From contig NC_058368.1 of assembly GCF_018350175.1 (NCBI RefSeq), forward strand, positions 34,536,001-34,600,000: DNA of 64,000 nucleotides, written 5' to 3'. The position numbers and the translations under genes were made by a program. This document shows, piece after piece, positions 25,329-37,670 of the stretch. This DNA comes from Felis catus (Eukaryota). The notes under the pieces were generated by a model. It was not told where the DNA came from and made no database searches. It was given only the letters and a program-made list of their open reading frames with translations. Positions within the stretch are counted from its first letter, which is position 1, and each line of letters starts with the position of its first letter.

Positions 25329-25884
25329 TATGTGTCAGTTATCTAATGTTGCATAACAAATCACAATGGATTTTCAAAAAATGACAATTTTTAATACTCA
25401 CGGTTTCTGTAACTCAGCTATTCAGACTGGGCAAGCAGGGACCATTTACCTATCCTCCATGGTATGTAGGGCCCAGTTGGCTGATATGAAGGTTGGGGCT
25501 ATAATCATCTGAGGGCTCATTTACTCAAATGTCTGAAGGTTTTTACTAACTGAATATCTGTTTTTCTCCATGCAGCCCCCCTCTAAGAGGCTTCTTTCTG
25601 TGGTCTCTCTGATCTCCTCCACATGGTCTCCCCATGGTGGCTGAGTGGGAGGGTGAACATCCTAAGAGGGAGCCAGGAAGAACCGTATCAGGATTTATGA
25701 CCCACACCTGAATGCATATGGCATCCATTTCATCATTTCCTATTGGTGGAGGCATCCTAAATCCTGCCTCCTTTCAAGGAGAGGGGAGATAAATTCGGTC
25801 TTTTGTTTGGAAGTGGTAGGTTTCTGGAGGGGCATTTGGGACCAGAAATCCTGGTGTGCTATTTTTGGAAAATATAATCTGTCT
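25329..25884 (-). mobile_element. MaLR LTR (MLT1G/H-like)
   Basis: GTCAGTTATCTAATGTTGCATAACAAATCAC start, AATCATCTGAGGGCTCATTTACTCA, TTCAAGGAGAGGGGA and ATTTTTGGAAAATATAATCTG end. Confidence 0.75.
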
Positions 25885-26674
25885 GAGGAATGTTTTGTGT
25901 TCTCCATTTATAAATGAACTATACACTGCAGTATGTTCATGGTGGTTTCTTATGTATGTGGGATTTACGCTTGAATTTAATTTTCTTGGTATTTTACTAT
26001 ACCTTGCAAACATTCATTCAGAAATAATGACCATGTATTACCTTTGTAATAGAAAAAGAGAGAGACAGAAAAACAAAACAAGAGATGCTTTTGTGTATTT
26101 TTTAAGTCATGAGAAAAGAAAAGCTAGAAAACAAAGCTCGGGATCAATCAAGCAGTCCCTGTGACAGCTGCATTTTGCTCTCTCATTACCTTCCCATCCT
26201 GCCTTTATCTGGTACAGCTGCTAGACTCGGCCCGGGTTTGTTTAAACTCGTGGCCTGAATGTTTCTAAAGCCTCGAAAGTTCTATTTCACACTTAACCAC
26301 CTCTGCGCCCATCCTCAGGGAGGAGAAAGAAAGCCAGTAGAGATCCCGGAATAAAGCACAGAGAACAAATCATCCCTTGATACTTTCCACCAAAGGCTTC
26401 TCAGAAAAAAAATCTGTAAACGTTACTGAGAATGGATATACGGAAAAAAGATTTTTCAAAGATAAATGTGTAAACTACCTTCCTAATAGTCTTAGTTACC
26501 TAATGTCACTCTCAGGCTTGGATTGTTTGTTTGCTTGTTTGTTTGGAAATTTTTATGGCCCCTGAAAACAATGATCATTTCCCTGACATATAATAAATTC
26601 CCATGATGCAAGATATCTTGCAATTTCTTTGTAGTTTGAAATTGATAATCTGATAATAAGAATGACTCCAACTG

Positions 26675-26845
26675 TTAATTGTCTATACAGTGCTTTCCTA
26701 TTTGGAAAGGGTTTCCGCATACATATCTAATTGTGTTTTCCCAAACTCCCCTGTAAGGTGAGCTGTGCCGGGTAACGCTCTCTGTCTTCACAGGGCAAAA
26801 CATAACTTTAAACGATTTGCCCACCTTACAAGTAAGTAAAACCAA
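26675..26845 (-). mobile_element. MIR fragment
   Basis: CCCTGTAAGGTGAG ... AACGATTTGCCCA layout of an antisense MIR. Confidence 0.5.
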
Positions 26846-28079
26846 AAGAACAACAAAGGCAGTCTATTTTCTTTCTCAGTGCTAAGAAGAAAGGATTATT
26901 TTTGGTCTAAAATAGCTTTTTCCTTCTTCTTCAAGACATAATAGCCAAGGTAAAAGTGTAGAAGGTAGCTCATTTGCATATTCTAGATACAGAACTCCAG
27001 GAATGAACACTCTTGACAGGGCACCTAAATGCCATTTTTCATGTCATATGTGCCATCAACATTAAAAGGTCTTCTTTTCCAATCTTGTGCCTGACTCAAA
27101 GAACTAGGAGTATGGACACATGTTACCACACAAATGTTGCCTTCTCTTCGGTACAAGGCAGGGCACCCTGTGCTAGGAAAGATTAACTCAGGTGATTACT
27201 GCTGGTGAAGGGTTGTTCTTTGACTACTTGCTGAGAGGGTGGACCCTCGGATCACTAATTAACCAGAAGCATTATTAGGGTAGCTACTGCTTTAAAACTA
27301 TTTCTAAGCTTCCCAGTTATTTTCAGTTTCCAGTGTTCCCCTTCTCCTGCCCACTTGATTGGTTTTAAATTGCAACTGTCGACTACAGCTTTCTATAGCA
27401 CTTACTCATGACTGCTCCAGCTTTCAACTTTCTCTTTCCATTCAAACAGCTAAATTGGAAGTGTATAGTGCTTGATTTATATTTAGATGTATTTTTTAAA
27501 TGAAGAGTTAAAAGTTAAAAGTCTGCACAGCTGCAGGAAACATTATTGAAAGTCCTTTAAAACCATTATGTAGACTCACTCAAATGGCTGCTACAAATGC
27601 ACATTATAAAATCGGCCTTTTAGCTGTTCGTATTTCATTGGAGTTTGTACTATTTTCCCTCGCCATTGTCAGTATTTAATGGTAATCATTTAGTATCATA
27701 AAGCTAGACATGTTTCTCTACATAAGAATAATAACAGCAAGTATAGAAAAATAAGTGGGCAAGGAAAGAAATTTTAAAATGTTGTGGAGGATTGAGGTTA
27801 AAGCGTGCATCAAAATTAGTTTGCAGCAATATTGAAACAAACTTGCTTAAACTATAAGTACCTTTATCATTTTAAGAAAGTAGAAGTCCGTACGGAGTGT
27901 GGGATTCAGAGTTAGACTATGCAATGTCTCAGGGATGACATCACAGACCCAGATTCTTTCCATTTCTCCCCTCTGTCACCTTCAACATCAATTCAGGTAG
28001 GACTGGTTCTCTTTGTGAGGGTAAGGAGGTTATTGGTATTTGCAAAACTGCTGGGCTGCTTGCTTCCTTTCACATATTC

Positions 28080-28268
28080 AGAGGGAGGGGGGAAATAAAG
28101 GGTGAAAACAGGGCAATGCGGGAGAGGGAGAAGAAGGAGGCTGGAGGATGACAGGAAAAGGGAGAGTGGAAGAAGGGAGGGAGAGGGAGGGAGAGAAAGA
28201 AAATGAAAGTGAGGAAGGAGGAGAGAAGAAGGGAATATAGATAAAATGAGGAGCAAGAGAAGACAGAG
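28080..28268. repeat. Purine-rich (GA) low-complexity tract
   Basis: About 190 bp strongly enriched in G and A on the + strand. Confidence 0.85.
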
Positions 28269-28625
28269 GTTCTCTCAAAAATCTCTCTGATGGACAATAA
28301 CTCTCAGGGAGGACACTGGTAATTACGTACTGACTGGCTGAATAAGATTCTAACCAACCACAGGTGAGAATAATGGCGAACCATGATGGAATTAGACCAT
28401 TCAGGACCTTTCCTTGGAGCTGTGTGTTAAGTCAGCTTCTTTGGAGTTTCTTGTGGGGCATGCAGGCAAGGTGAATTCTGAAATAGGGTTAGGATTCCTG
28501 TGAAAAGAAAGATGAGTAAATAGATATTGCCTACGTAGCAACCAGTGACTGCTATGTGTAGGCAAGGTTGAAAATCATGTAGTATAACTTAGCTGCCTAT
28601 AAAAAGATTTGACCTTTTCTTTAAT

Positions 28626-28835
28626 CTTTATTTGTTTTTGAGAGAGAGAAAGAGTGACAGACAAAATATGAGCAGGGGAGGGGCAGAGAGAGAGAGGGAG
28701 ATGGAGAATCTGAAGCAGGCTCTGTGCTCTGAGCTGACAGCACAAAGCCTGATGCAGAACCTGAACTCAGGGACAGTGAGATCATGACCTGAGCTGAAGT
28801 CAGAGGTTTAGCCGACTGAGCCACCCAGGAGGCCC
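28626..28835 (-). mobile_element. Can-SINE (SINEC_Fc-like)
   Basis: GACTGAGCCACCCAGG head; imperfect TSD TGACCTTTTCTTTAAT / TGACTTTTTTTAAT. Confidence 0.92.
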
Positions 28836-29959
28836 TGACTTTTTTTAATACTCGGTTCATATACAATTTATGAAAATCTCATTGGAAATAATTCAAGTAC
28901 ATTATAGACATGTAACATAGGTATATTAAACCGAGGATATGTGAAACCACTATCACAAACACTCATTTCATTTTATTTTGAGAGCTTTGGATGGATTATT
29001 ATAATTTACCACTTTTATTGAATAGAATATGAGAACATCTCCTTTAAGAATTGCAGCTATTTTATGATTAATTCCCCCTACCATTATATGAAATATAATT
29101 TCAATATTGTCATAACATAAATGTAGTAATGCATTTAACCTGTACCTGGTAAATACCAGGTGTAATAGGTTAGGTGTTCAGAAATTATAAAAATATGGCA
29201 GAAAGGGGTTTGGTCCCCAAGCTCTTAATGGTATAATCAAAGAGATAAGATGTGTATAAATAACTCCAGTGCAAGGGAGAAAATAAGCTCCATTAGAGAA
29301 GCATAGATAGACAGTAACGGGAAACGAGGCTCTTTCTGTACAAGATTATCTATGTGAGTTTTCCAAAGCAAATCTCAATTTCCAGTTCTTGTCAAAATTA
29401 TTACCAGCTTTTCTTACTTTATCATTACTTATGTCATTATCAGCAGCTGCTTGCTCTTATCATATGCTAGTTTTACCTGCTTATGAGTCACAATAGAAGG
29501 ACTTTTACAACAAAGCATTTAATTACTTTTTTGCCTCTAGGGAAGTTATAAGCTAAGATATTAAGCTAAAATGGCACCTATGTGCTCAGCCTCAAAAGCA
29601 GTCTTCATCCCTGCTCTCCCTGTAACACCTGAAGTAAATAATGCTATCTGTTATAGGTCTTAGCCAGTAATTTTTTTTTTAATCCACAACTGTCCTAAAT
29701 AGTCCAAAGTTTAGACCAACCTAATTCAATATTTTGACTGGAATTATTCATGAATTATATCCTCATATGCTGCTTTGGACACGTATATGTAATTAATGAT
29801 GCATACCCCCAGAATTAAATTGTCAGATAGAAAATAATAAATAGCATGGTAGTTAGTGAAAATGGGCATTTTTTCAGCTACTTCAAACTGAGATCTGCAT
29901 TTTGAACATTAGTTTGATCATCTTATTTGAAGGTACTATGAATTCACAGAACAGGAAGA

Positions 29960-30120
29960 AAAAAAGAAGACGTGATCTTCAGTCCCAAATCTAGCACTAA
30001 CCAGCTGGATTACATTTATAATTGTATTTGTTATCTCTGTCTGAATGTTTTCATCTATCAAATGATAAAGTTAAACCACTCAACTCTCAATATCCTCTCT
30101 TTCGTGTCTAAATTCTAGAG
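29960..30120 (+). mobile_element. MIR3-like fragment
   Basis: AGTCCCAAATCTAGCACTAACCAGCTG ... TTTCATCTATCAAATG ... TCTAAATTCTAG. Confidence 0.5.
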
Positions 30121-30324
30121 TGAAATATTAGACGCAAAATATCAAACTAGATCACAAAACTTTGTGAAATTATGTTTAACATTATTTTTATTTATCTGCA
30201 TAGAGATTTCCATATATTAACATAGGTAACTGAGAGCTGCTTTCAATGGGGGAAATGATAATCTATTTTTGTAGGAGGAAATTAATCGTTTTTACCCTTT
30301 TGAATATATCCGATCATGGGAATG

Positions 30325-30490
30325 TTGCTTGCACTATCTCTTTTAATTTTCAAGCAATCCTTCAAAGTAGATATTAGACTATCATAGACACTGATGAAGA
30401 AAATAAAGCAGAGTTAAAATTACTTGTCCAGGAAGATCATGCAACTAGTAAATAGTGGAGGTGGAATACAAAGCCATGCCTCTCTAGGCT
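30325..30490 (-). mobile_element. MIR fragment
   Basis: GATGAAGAAAATAAAGCAGAGTTAAAATTACTTGTCCAGG ... CTAGTAAATAGTGGAG core. Confidence 0.6.
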
Positions 30491-32421
30491 TTTTTATTAT
30501 AGTCAAATGAATCTGCATAATCTGTTGAGAGGCCCTGTTGAACATGTAACACTTATCAGTGGGGATGACAGTTCAGAAAAACAGATTTCTTTTCTTAGAA
30601 TCATATATTTATAAACCACAGAAAATAGGTATTTCACTGAGGGTTCAGTAAATGTTGAACAGTTTAGTTTGCCAAAACAATTTAGGTAGGGGAGGCCTGG
30701 ACAGTGTGGAACAATCAGCTTTCCCTTCCTTTGTACAAGTGATAGAAAGAACTTCTCTCTAAGGCTCCAGAGAATGCTTTGAAATACTCTACAGGGTATA
30801 ATGTGGGAGAATCTGGCCATAGTTTCCATTTATATAAAGAGAGTTTTTATTTTAAAAGCACTTTCACATGCATTATGTAAATATTCAGTAATGAATATTT
30901 AATCCAAAGGCAACTGAGCCTCATCTATATTTTTATGGAGCATAATTTAAGCAACTTTTAGTCTCCCGATATCTCTGCCCTCTGAAGAACCCCACTTATG
31001 ACAGCCTGTTAAAAACTAGATTTAATAAATGTCCAATATCAATTCACCTTGCATATAAATAAACCACTTCATTCCAAAATACAACTTATTACAGATAGCT
31101 TTGTTCTTCTAGAGTCCGTGGGCTGCACCGTAGTACAATGGAAATAGTACACTGCAGGACACTTAGGCAACCTACTCTGTAGGGCTGAAATTGCTCAAGA
31201 TTAAAATTAAAACAATAAACTTCAGCCTAGATGTGTCTTCATTACTAAGGCTTTGGGTCATTTACTTTAACAATGTCAACTTACTTTCGGTCTCACATTC
31301 CGTTTAATTAGCAAAGGAAGTAATATGCAAGAGCACACCTCATGGTGTCCCATTACCTTGGAGAAATGTTTTATCTGCTCCTAAAAATAACAAGTCCAAT
31401 TCTTACACCCTCTGTGGAATGAAAAGATATCTCAATGGGAAGACACCATACAAACACTAGAATAAAATTGGCTCTCAATGTCTAAAAAAGAATGTACTTA
31501 GAATGATGATAAAACAGGTACTGTGTATATTTTATACCTAACATTGTGTAAAAAAAAAAAATGCGTTGTCTCAAACCATTACATAAAAGTAATGTTCTAA
31601 CCAGAAAAGAAATTCTAACCAAATAGTGAAGGGAAGCTGAAACTAATAGAAATAGTACATATCCATTCTGGTAAAATATCAGTTTAGTTACTAACAGTGG
31701 ATATGAAAATACAACATATGTTTTACTTCCAAGTATTTTGAAATTGTAGAAGAAAGGAAATCTAGCTGTATTTATCCAACCCCTGGCATGACATTGCAGC
31801 CTGGCAGTCATAATATATAATTTTTAAAATAAATAATCCAAAGAGTAGTACATGGTTTATTTTGGTTAACACAATGGAAGGCTTAAACAGTACATTGTAT
31901 GAGCAGGACTCATTAGACATGATCATAAAGCAAATTACTTTATTTTTCTTACGTTTATTCCGGGGTGAAGTCCTCCTCCTGCGTCTGGATAAGACAGACT
32001 GGCCCTTAACTTCTCTATTCACAATTACGTAATGAAGAGTTCTATTATCATGTTAAGTCAATAAACAAGGTGTGCTCTATGGAAATTGTACTTTCTGTCC
32101 AATTTACTATAATGTTTTTCACTCTCCCTCACTAGAGTGTGTTCTATGTAGTTTGTTTTAGGCCAAGGATGAGAGTTTGTAGACATCTTTCCCTATGGTT
32201 GCTCCTTCACATTGCTACCTCAACTTCTTGGTCCCTTTGGTTTTGGAATGGGAAGCAAGTAAGACAAATAAAGGGAGCAGGAAAGCACCAGACTTCTACT
32301 TTTATAAGATGGCTTCTATAATTACCGCAGATTTCCTCCTCCTGTAATTGCAAGGTCAGGTATACATTTTTCACCCATGAATTTCAGTCTCCACTCAGAT
32401 CAGGCTGGCAGCAGCAGAAGT

Positions 32422-32670
32422 CACTATTAACTGAGGGCTTATTATATGCTGGATGTTATGCAAATCGTTTAATGTACATTTTCTGATAAAGACCCACTTA
32501 GCACATTTAGGAGTAGGCTTGTTAATTTCATTAGTATGTAGAGAATGTCAAAATCAGAGAGGGTAAATGTATTCTTCAAATTATTATAGCTCATAAGGGA
32601 AGGAGGCAACAGGTAAACAAAGGACATGCTGACTCAAATGCTCTTATGTAATGTGTGATACTACCTCCCT
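32422..32670 (-). mobile_element. MIR SINE
   Basis: Near full-length degenerate antisense MIR layout including TCAGAGAGGGTAAATG and CTGACTCAAA. Confidence 0.55.
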
Positions 32671-32759
32671 GAATGACCTTGAATAAATGAGATACTGTCT
32701 GGAAGGTGATACAGATACTAACAACCACAGAGCCCACAAACAGAAGTTCTGCTTCATAC

Positions 32760-32985
32760 AGCATGTGAGTGGCTCAGTCTGTTGAGCATCCAACTCTTGA
32801 CTTCAGCTCAGGTCATAATCTTGTGATTCGTGAGTTCAAGCCCCACATAGGGCTCTGCGCTAACTGCGCAGAGCCTGCTTGGGATTCTCTCTCTTTCCCT
32901 CTCTCTCTGCCTCTCCCCTGCTCATGCTCGCTCTCTCTCTCTTTCTCTCAAAATAAATAAGTAAACTTAGAAGAAGAAAAAAAAA
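32760..32985 (+). mobile_element. Can-SINE
   Basis: GTGGCTCAGTCTGTTGAGCATCC, GAGTTCAAGCCCC, CT-rich region and A tail. Confidence 0.92.
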
Positions 32986-33164
32986 CTCAGCTTCTGATTC
33001 TTGGAACTAGATTTCTGTTTTTGTGATAGGGTCAGGCAGGTGAGAAGTAGACTCCGTGTCTTGCTATGTTGTATTTACAAAATAGGTTTGGTCTGATTAC
33101 TGCTTCCTATCTAAATAAATATGTGCACATATACACCTACACACATGCACAAGGACACATATAC

Positions 33165-33380
33165 AACTGACCATCTATTCAGCAAGCACTAAAACAGGCA
33201 CCAAAAATATAAATGTGAATGAAATAGGATCCCTGCCTCTAAGAGCCTTGCGGTTTCACTTTGAAGACAAGATGGATTATAACACAATCAGATAAGTGTT
33301 ATTAATAGATGAAAAGAAAATATTTGAAGAACATTGGGATAGCACAATTTTCTCCTGTCTATAAGGACTGGAGAATGAAG
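33165..33380 (-). mobile_element. L2 3' fragment
   Basis: CCCTGCCTCTAAGAGCCTTGCGGTT and ATAACACAATCAGATAAGTG match an antisense L2 3' end. Confidence 0.55.
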
Positions 33381-33544
33381 AGGCATTTCTGCACTGCAGG
33401 CCTTTTCTCCATTTTGCAGCTTATGTCACATTTAATTACATTCATTAGTCCATTTTTATTACTTATCTAAGTAACCCATTTATTTACACAGCATACAACA
33501 GTAAGCATTCTTGCCTTCTTGCAGGCGTCTAAAAAATATGTCCC

Positions 33545-33740
33545 TGGGAGCCTGGGGGGCTCAGTCGGTTAAGCATCCCACTCTTGATTTCAGCTTATGT
33601 CCCGATCTTGGGGTTTGTGAGATCAAGCCCTGCATCATGCTCTGTGCTGATAGCACAGAGCCTGCTTGGGATTCTCTCTCTTCTTCTTTCTCTGTCCCTT
33701 CCCTGCTCATGCTCTCGCTCTCTCAAAATAAATAAACTTT
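33545..33740 (+). mobile_element. Can-SINE
   Basis: GGGAGCCTGGGGGGCTCAGTCGGTTAAGC head; imperfect TSD AAAAAATATGTCCC / AAAAACTATGTCTC. Confidence 0.92.
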
Positions 33741-36531
33741 AAAAACTATGTCTCAAATGGCTAAACAAATGGATGATTTAGGGATTGGACTTGTCAGAGG
33801 TGAGGAAGCCTGAGATGATCTGGTTACTAACCATAAGAAGCTTACTTTTTAATAAGACAAAAGTATAAGTAAACAAATAAAAACAATTAAATGCAGAAAG
33901 TGATAAATGCTGTAAGTTTTGTGGTAAGTGGTATAAGAAATGGCCGTGGGTGTCCTGTTTTAAGTCATAATAGATTTCACTGAGCTGGCATAGCTGTATT
34001 AAAATAAGCATCCCCTTCTTTTTCTGTCTTGATTCTTCTCCACTGCATAATCAATGAGATAGCAAGCTTATTGTTATTCAGATAGGTACCAAAAATTAAT
34101 GTTTGGAATCAGAGTCATTTCTCAAATGAGATTGAAAGAGGTTTCTAACGGCCATTACCTCATCAGCATTTAGCGTCTCTTTTGAAGGACAGGAGAGTAT
34201 GGAAAAGAAGAATCAGAATTAGGAAGAGTGGAGATAAAAGAAAAGCCAAAGGAAAGGAATTTTTTTCATTATGCTGTAGACTTTAATGGATCTCTGTTGT
34301 CAGTCTAATTTGTAAAGATCAATGACTTCTGTTAAACGGCAGTCTGGGCTTCCCTATCTCCTTTTAATTCATCTACTCAGCACATGCTTTTCCTTTTGAA
34401 AGATAAGAACACGAGGGAGTTTTCAGATATTTTTGCTAGTCCTTTTTTTTTTTCTTTCAGCTATCAAATAACCTAAAATGTATATGATAATGAAAACTTC
34501 TTATCAAGGACTAGGACATGAAAGCCACCATTCGAAATACTGTCAAGATACAGGCAAACTCCAGTTTATCAGAGTGCATTTAGGTTGTATTTACAAGTTG
34601 CCAAATATAAGAAGGAAAATGAGAAATTGAGTCAATTTTCAGAAATTTCTTAATGTCTGGCTGTAAAAAACGACAATATAACTGGTTCAATTGTCACAAA
34701 TTATCCAGATAGTCCTTATGTCTAAAAGGAACCTTAAAATTCTTCGTGCAAACATATTTTAGATATTCCATGGAATGTGTTCCTCATACTATGTGGAATA
34801 GAAGATATGACCCTTGTTTTTAGTTGATCGTTATCTATTTACCTAATGTTTATAAGACTTTTGTCTGACACTCAACACTGACGGATCCAGTTTTTTGTTA
34901 CTTCAGTGTCTTGTTTTATTAGTTTAAAATACAAGAGGAGAAAAAAATAAAAACATAAAACACAAGAGGAGAAGAAAATATATTACATTAAAACACTGAT
35001 AAATGGTAATTTAAATAACATCGTAAATATGTAATACTAGATGATAAATGTAATTTTATATGTAATACATATTATATATAAGTATATAAATATACATGTT
35101 ATATAAAGATATACTATACATTTATAAATAGTATAATTTTACTATATAAAATTTCTACTTTTATGGATTCATATATATATGAATATTTTGCTCCTCTGTT
35201 TCCACAGAAGACAGCTCATTTCTAAAAGTAAGATATTACAAATTAATGGTATTTTATTGCAAACTTTTAGAATGCAGAATATATTCTAATATTTAGTCAC
35301 AGTTACCCACATCCACTGTATAAATGTTGAAAGTCCCACCATATAATATTAACATTGAGATCCTAAAGAACCTTCAATCATCTAGAGAAGAATCAATTAC
35401 CTTTTGCATAATGTACTATAAAGGTCAAGGAAGTTGACTAATACATTTTAAAAGAGTTTTCAATAATACATTTGAAATCAAAGGGTTTCCTGTTTGTCTC
35501 GCTTAAAATGAAAGATAATTTACCACAATATTCCATTTTATTTGCTATGTGATTTACTTTCAAAGAATTTTGGAGTCTATGGTAAAAAGACGGTCTAAGA
35601 AAATGAAAGAGCACTGTGACAAGAGTCAAACTGACATGGGTGTGAATCTCATCTCTGATGATCAAGCAGATTTGTAATGGCAAAGCAGAAAAAGAGAACC
35701 TAAAAGAAAGGTGTATGCTCAATTTTTTTTTTCTCTCATTCAGCCTTGTAGCTGAAAGAACCCAGCAGAGTTCAACACCTAGGGCGTAGGCTCAAAGAGT
35801 GGTACCGGGAGCCACGTTTATACCCTCATCACAAAAACTAATTGTACTCATGTCCCTGGGGCAAAAAGCAAAGGAAACAGAATTTGTTAGAAAGTCTCTA
35901 AGAAACCCAAATCAGTGCTACTGACTGGCACAGACCCATTCATTCTGTCTTTCATTTCCCATTCCATTCTTCTTCAATTCTTTGTTTCCTTTAAAAACAA
36001 ATCACGAATAAGACATATACTTACATTGAAAAATGAGAAAAGGATCTTAAGAAAAAGGCCCTTGAAGAACAGCAATAAATTGTTAGAAAGTACGAGATGA
36101 GTTATAATGGGAGAGTTCAAACAAATACTACTCCTTAGTCTCAAAAAATTACAAAAATACGACCTTTCAAAACAAGCTCACTGCTCAGATAAGAGAAATG
36201 GAAGTTCAAGGAAGTGATTATAAGACAAAGGAAGGAGATAAAATTAATCTGGAAGTGCTGAGAGGAAAAGTAGAAGTTAAAACTAAAGGCTCTACTGGGA
36301 GGAAAGCAGCATTTAATGCCACAAAAGTAGAGCAAATATGACTGACAAAAGCAGCTGGGAGACAGTGGTTAGGTGAGGGTAACATAGGCTTGGAGGGACA
36401 CCATGATTACGCAGGGTGTGAGGGAAGACAGAGGCAGAAATTGAGGAAATGCAACATCAGTGATCCTGACTGAGCAAACTTAAAGTAAATCGTGTGTAAA
36501 AAGCATATAGATTATCTGAAATTTTGTTTTA

Positions 36532-36755
36532 TTTTTTTTTAATTTTTTTTCAACGTTTTTATTTATTTTGGGGATAGAGAGAGACAGAGCATGAACGGGG
36601 GAGGGGCAGAGAGAGAGGGAGACACAGAATCGGAAACAGGCTCCAGGCTCCAAGCCATCAGCCCAGAGCCTGACGCGGGGCTCGAACTCACAGACCGCAA
36701 GATCGTGACCTGGCTGAAGTCGGACGCTTAACCGACTGCGCCACCCAGGCACCCC
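36532..36755 (-). mobile_element. Young felid SINE (SINEC_Fc)
   Basis: CpG-rich and near consensus; perfect TSD TGAAATTTTGTTTTA at 36517-36531 and 36756-36770. Confidence 0.97.
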
Positions 36756-37391
36756 TGAAATTTTGTTTTAAAAGTTTGTTTTCTAATTAAAAGGAAAACT
36801 CATTCCCTGAGAAAGAAAAATATAATAAAATAACTAAGACTATTCTGGTCAAGCTACAGAATATTCATGGTTTAAAAAAAAAGAATTCAGGTTACATGGG
36901 GTAGAAATTCAGAATAACATCATATTCTTTCATAAAAATAGTCAGTAATGGGACTTACTGAAGATACATCTCCACAATTTGGAGGTGAAAAAATATTGGT
37001 GGCTTGTGCTCAAAAACAAACAAACAAACAAAGAAAAGAAAAAAAAATTAAGATTCATATACAGAAGGAATAAAAAAGGGGGGAGGGGGATGTTGAATGA
37101 AGGAAGGTTTTAGGTAAGTGAAATGAAAAATAACCAAATAGTGCAGCCACCAGTGAGATTATCTAAATAAAAGAACTCAGGAATGAGGAAGCTGTGTTTC
37201 AGACTCATAAAATGACCTCCTGAAGCAAATTCATTATAAAATACACCTCAAAATGACTGGAATTATATTTAATAGAATTTAATATAAATTTAAAAAGAAG
37301 AAAGAGTAGGTTGTGACGATTTCCCTGTTTTTAAAGGATGGTGTCAATAGTTATAGTCCAATTTAAAATTTAAAATACACAATTAAAGAAC

Positions 37392-37617
37392 ACATGATGG
37401 TTTCACTCTAATGTGGAATTTAAGAAACAAAACACATGAACAAAGGGGGGACAAAGAGAGGCAAACCAATAAACAGACTCTTGGCTGTAGAGAACAAGTT
37501 GGTGGTTACCAGAGGGGAGATGGGGGAGTAGGGAATGGGGAAATAGGTGATGTAGATTAAGGAGTGCACTTGTGGTGAGAGGAATTTAAGTAAAAACTTA
37601 AAAACAAACAAACAAAC
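37392..37617 (+). mobile_element. Older carnivore L1 3' end with shortened 3'UTR
   Basis: TGTGGAATTTAAGAAACAAAAC, AACAGACTCTT, GGTTACCAGAGGGGAG, GATTAAGGAGTGCACTTG and (AAAC)n tail. Confidence 0.85.
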
Positions 37618-37670
37618 ATGATGATATTGGAACTATTTTCACTTTTCTCAACTTTAAAGGGACCTTTTTT

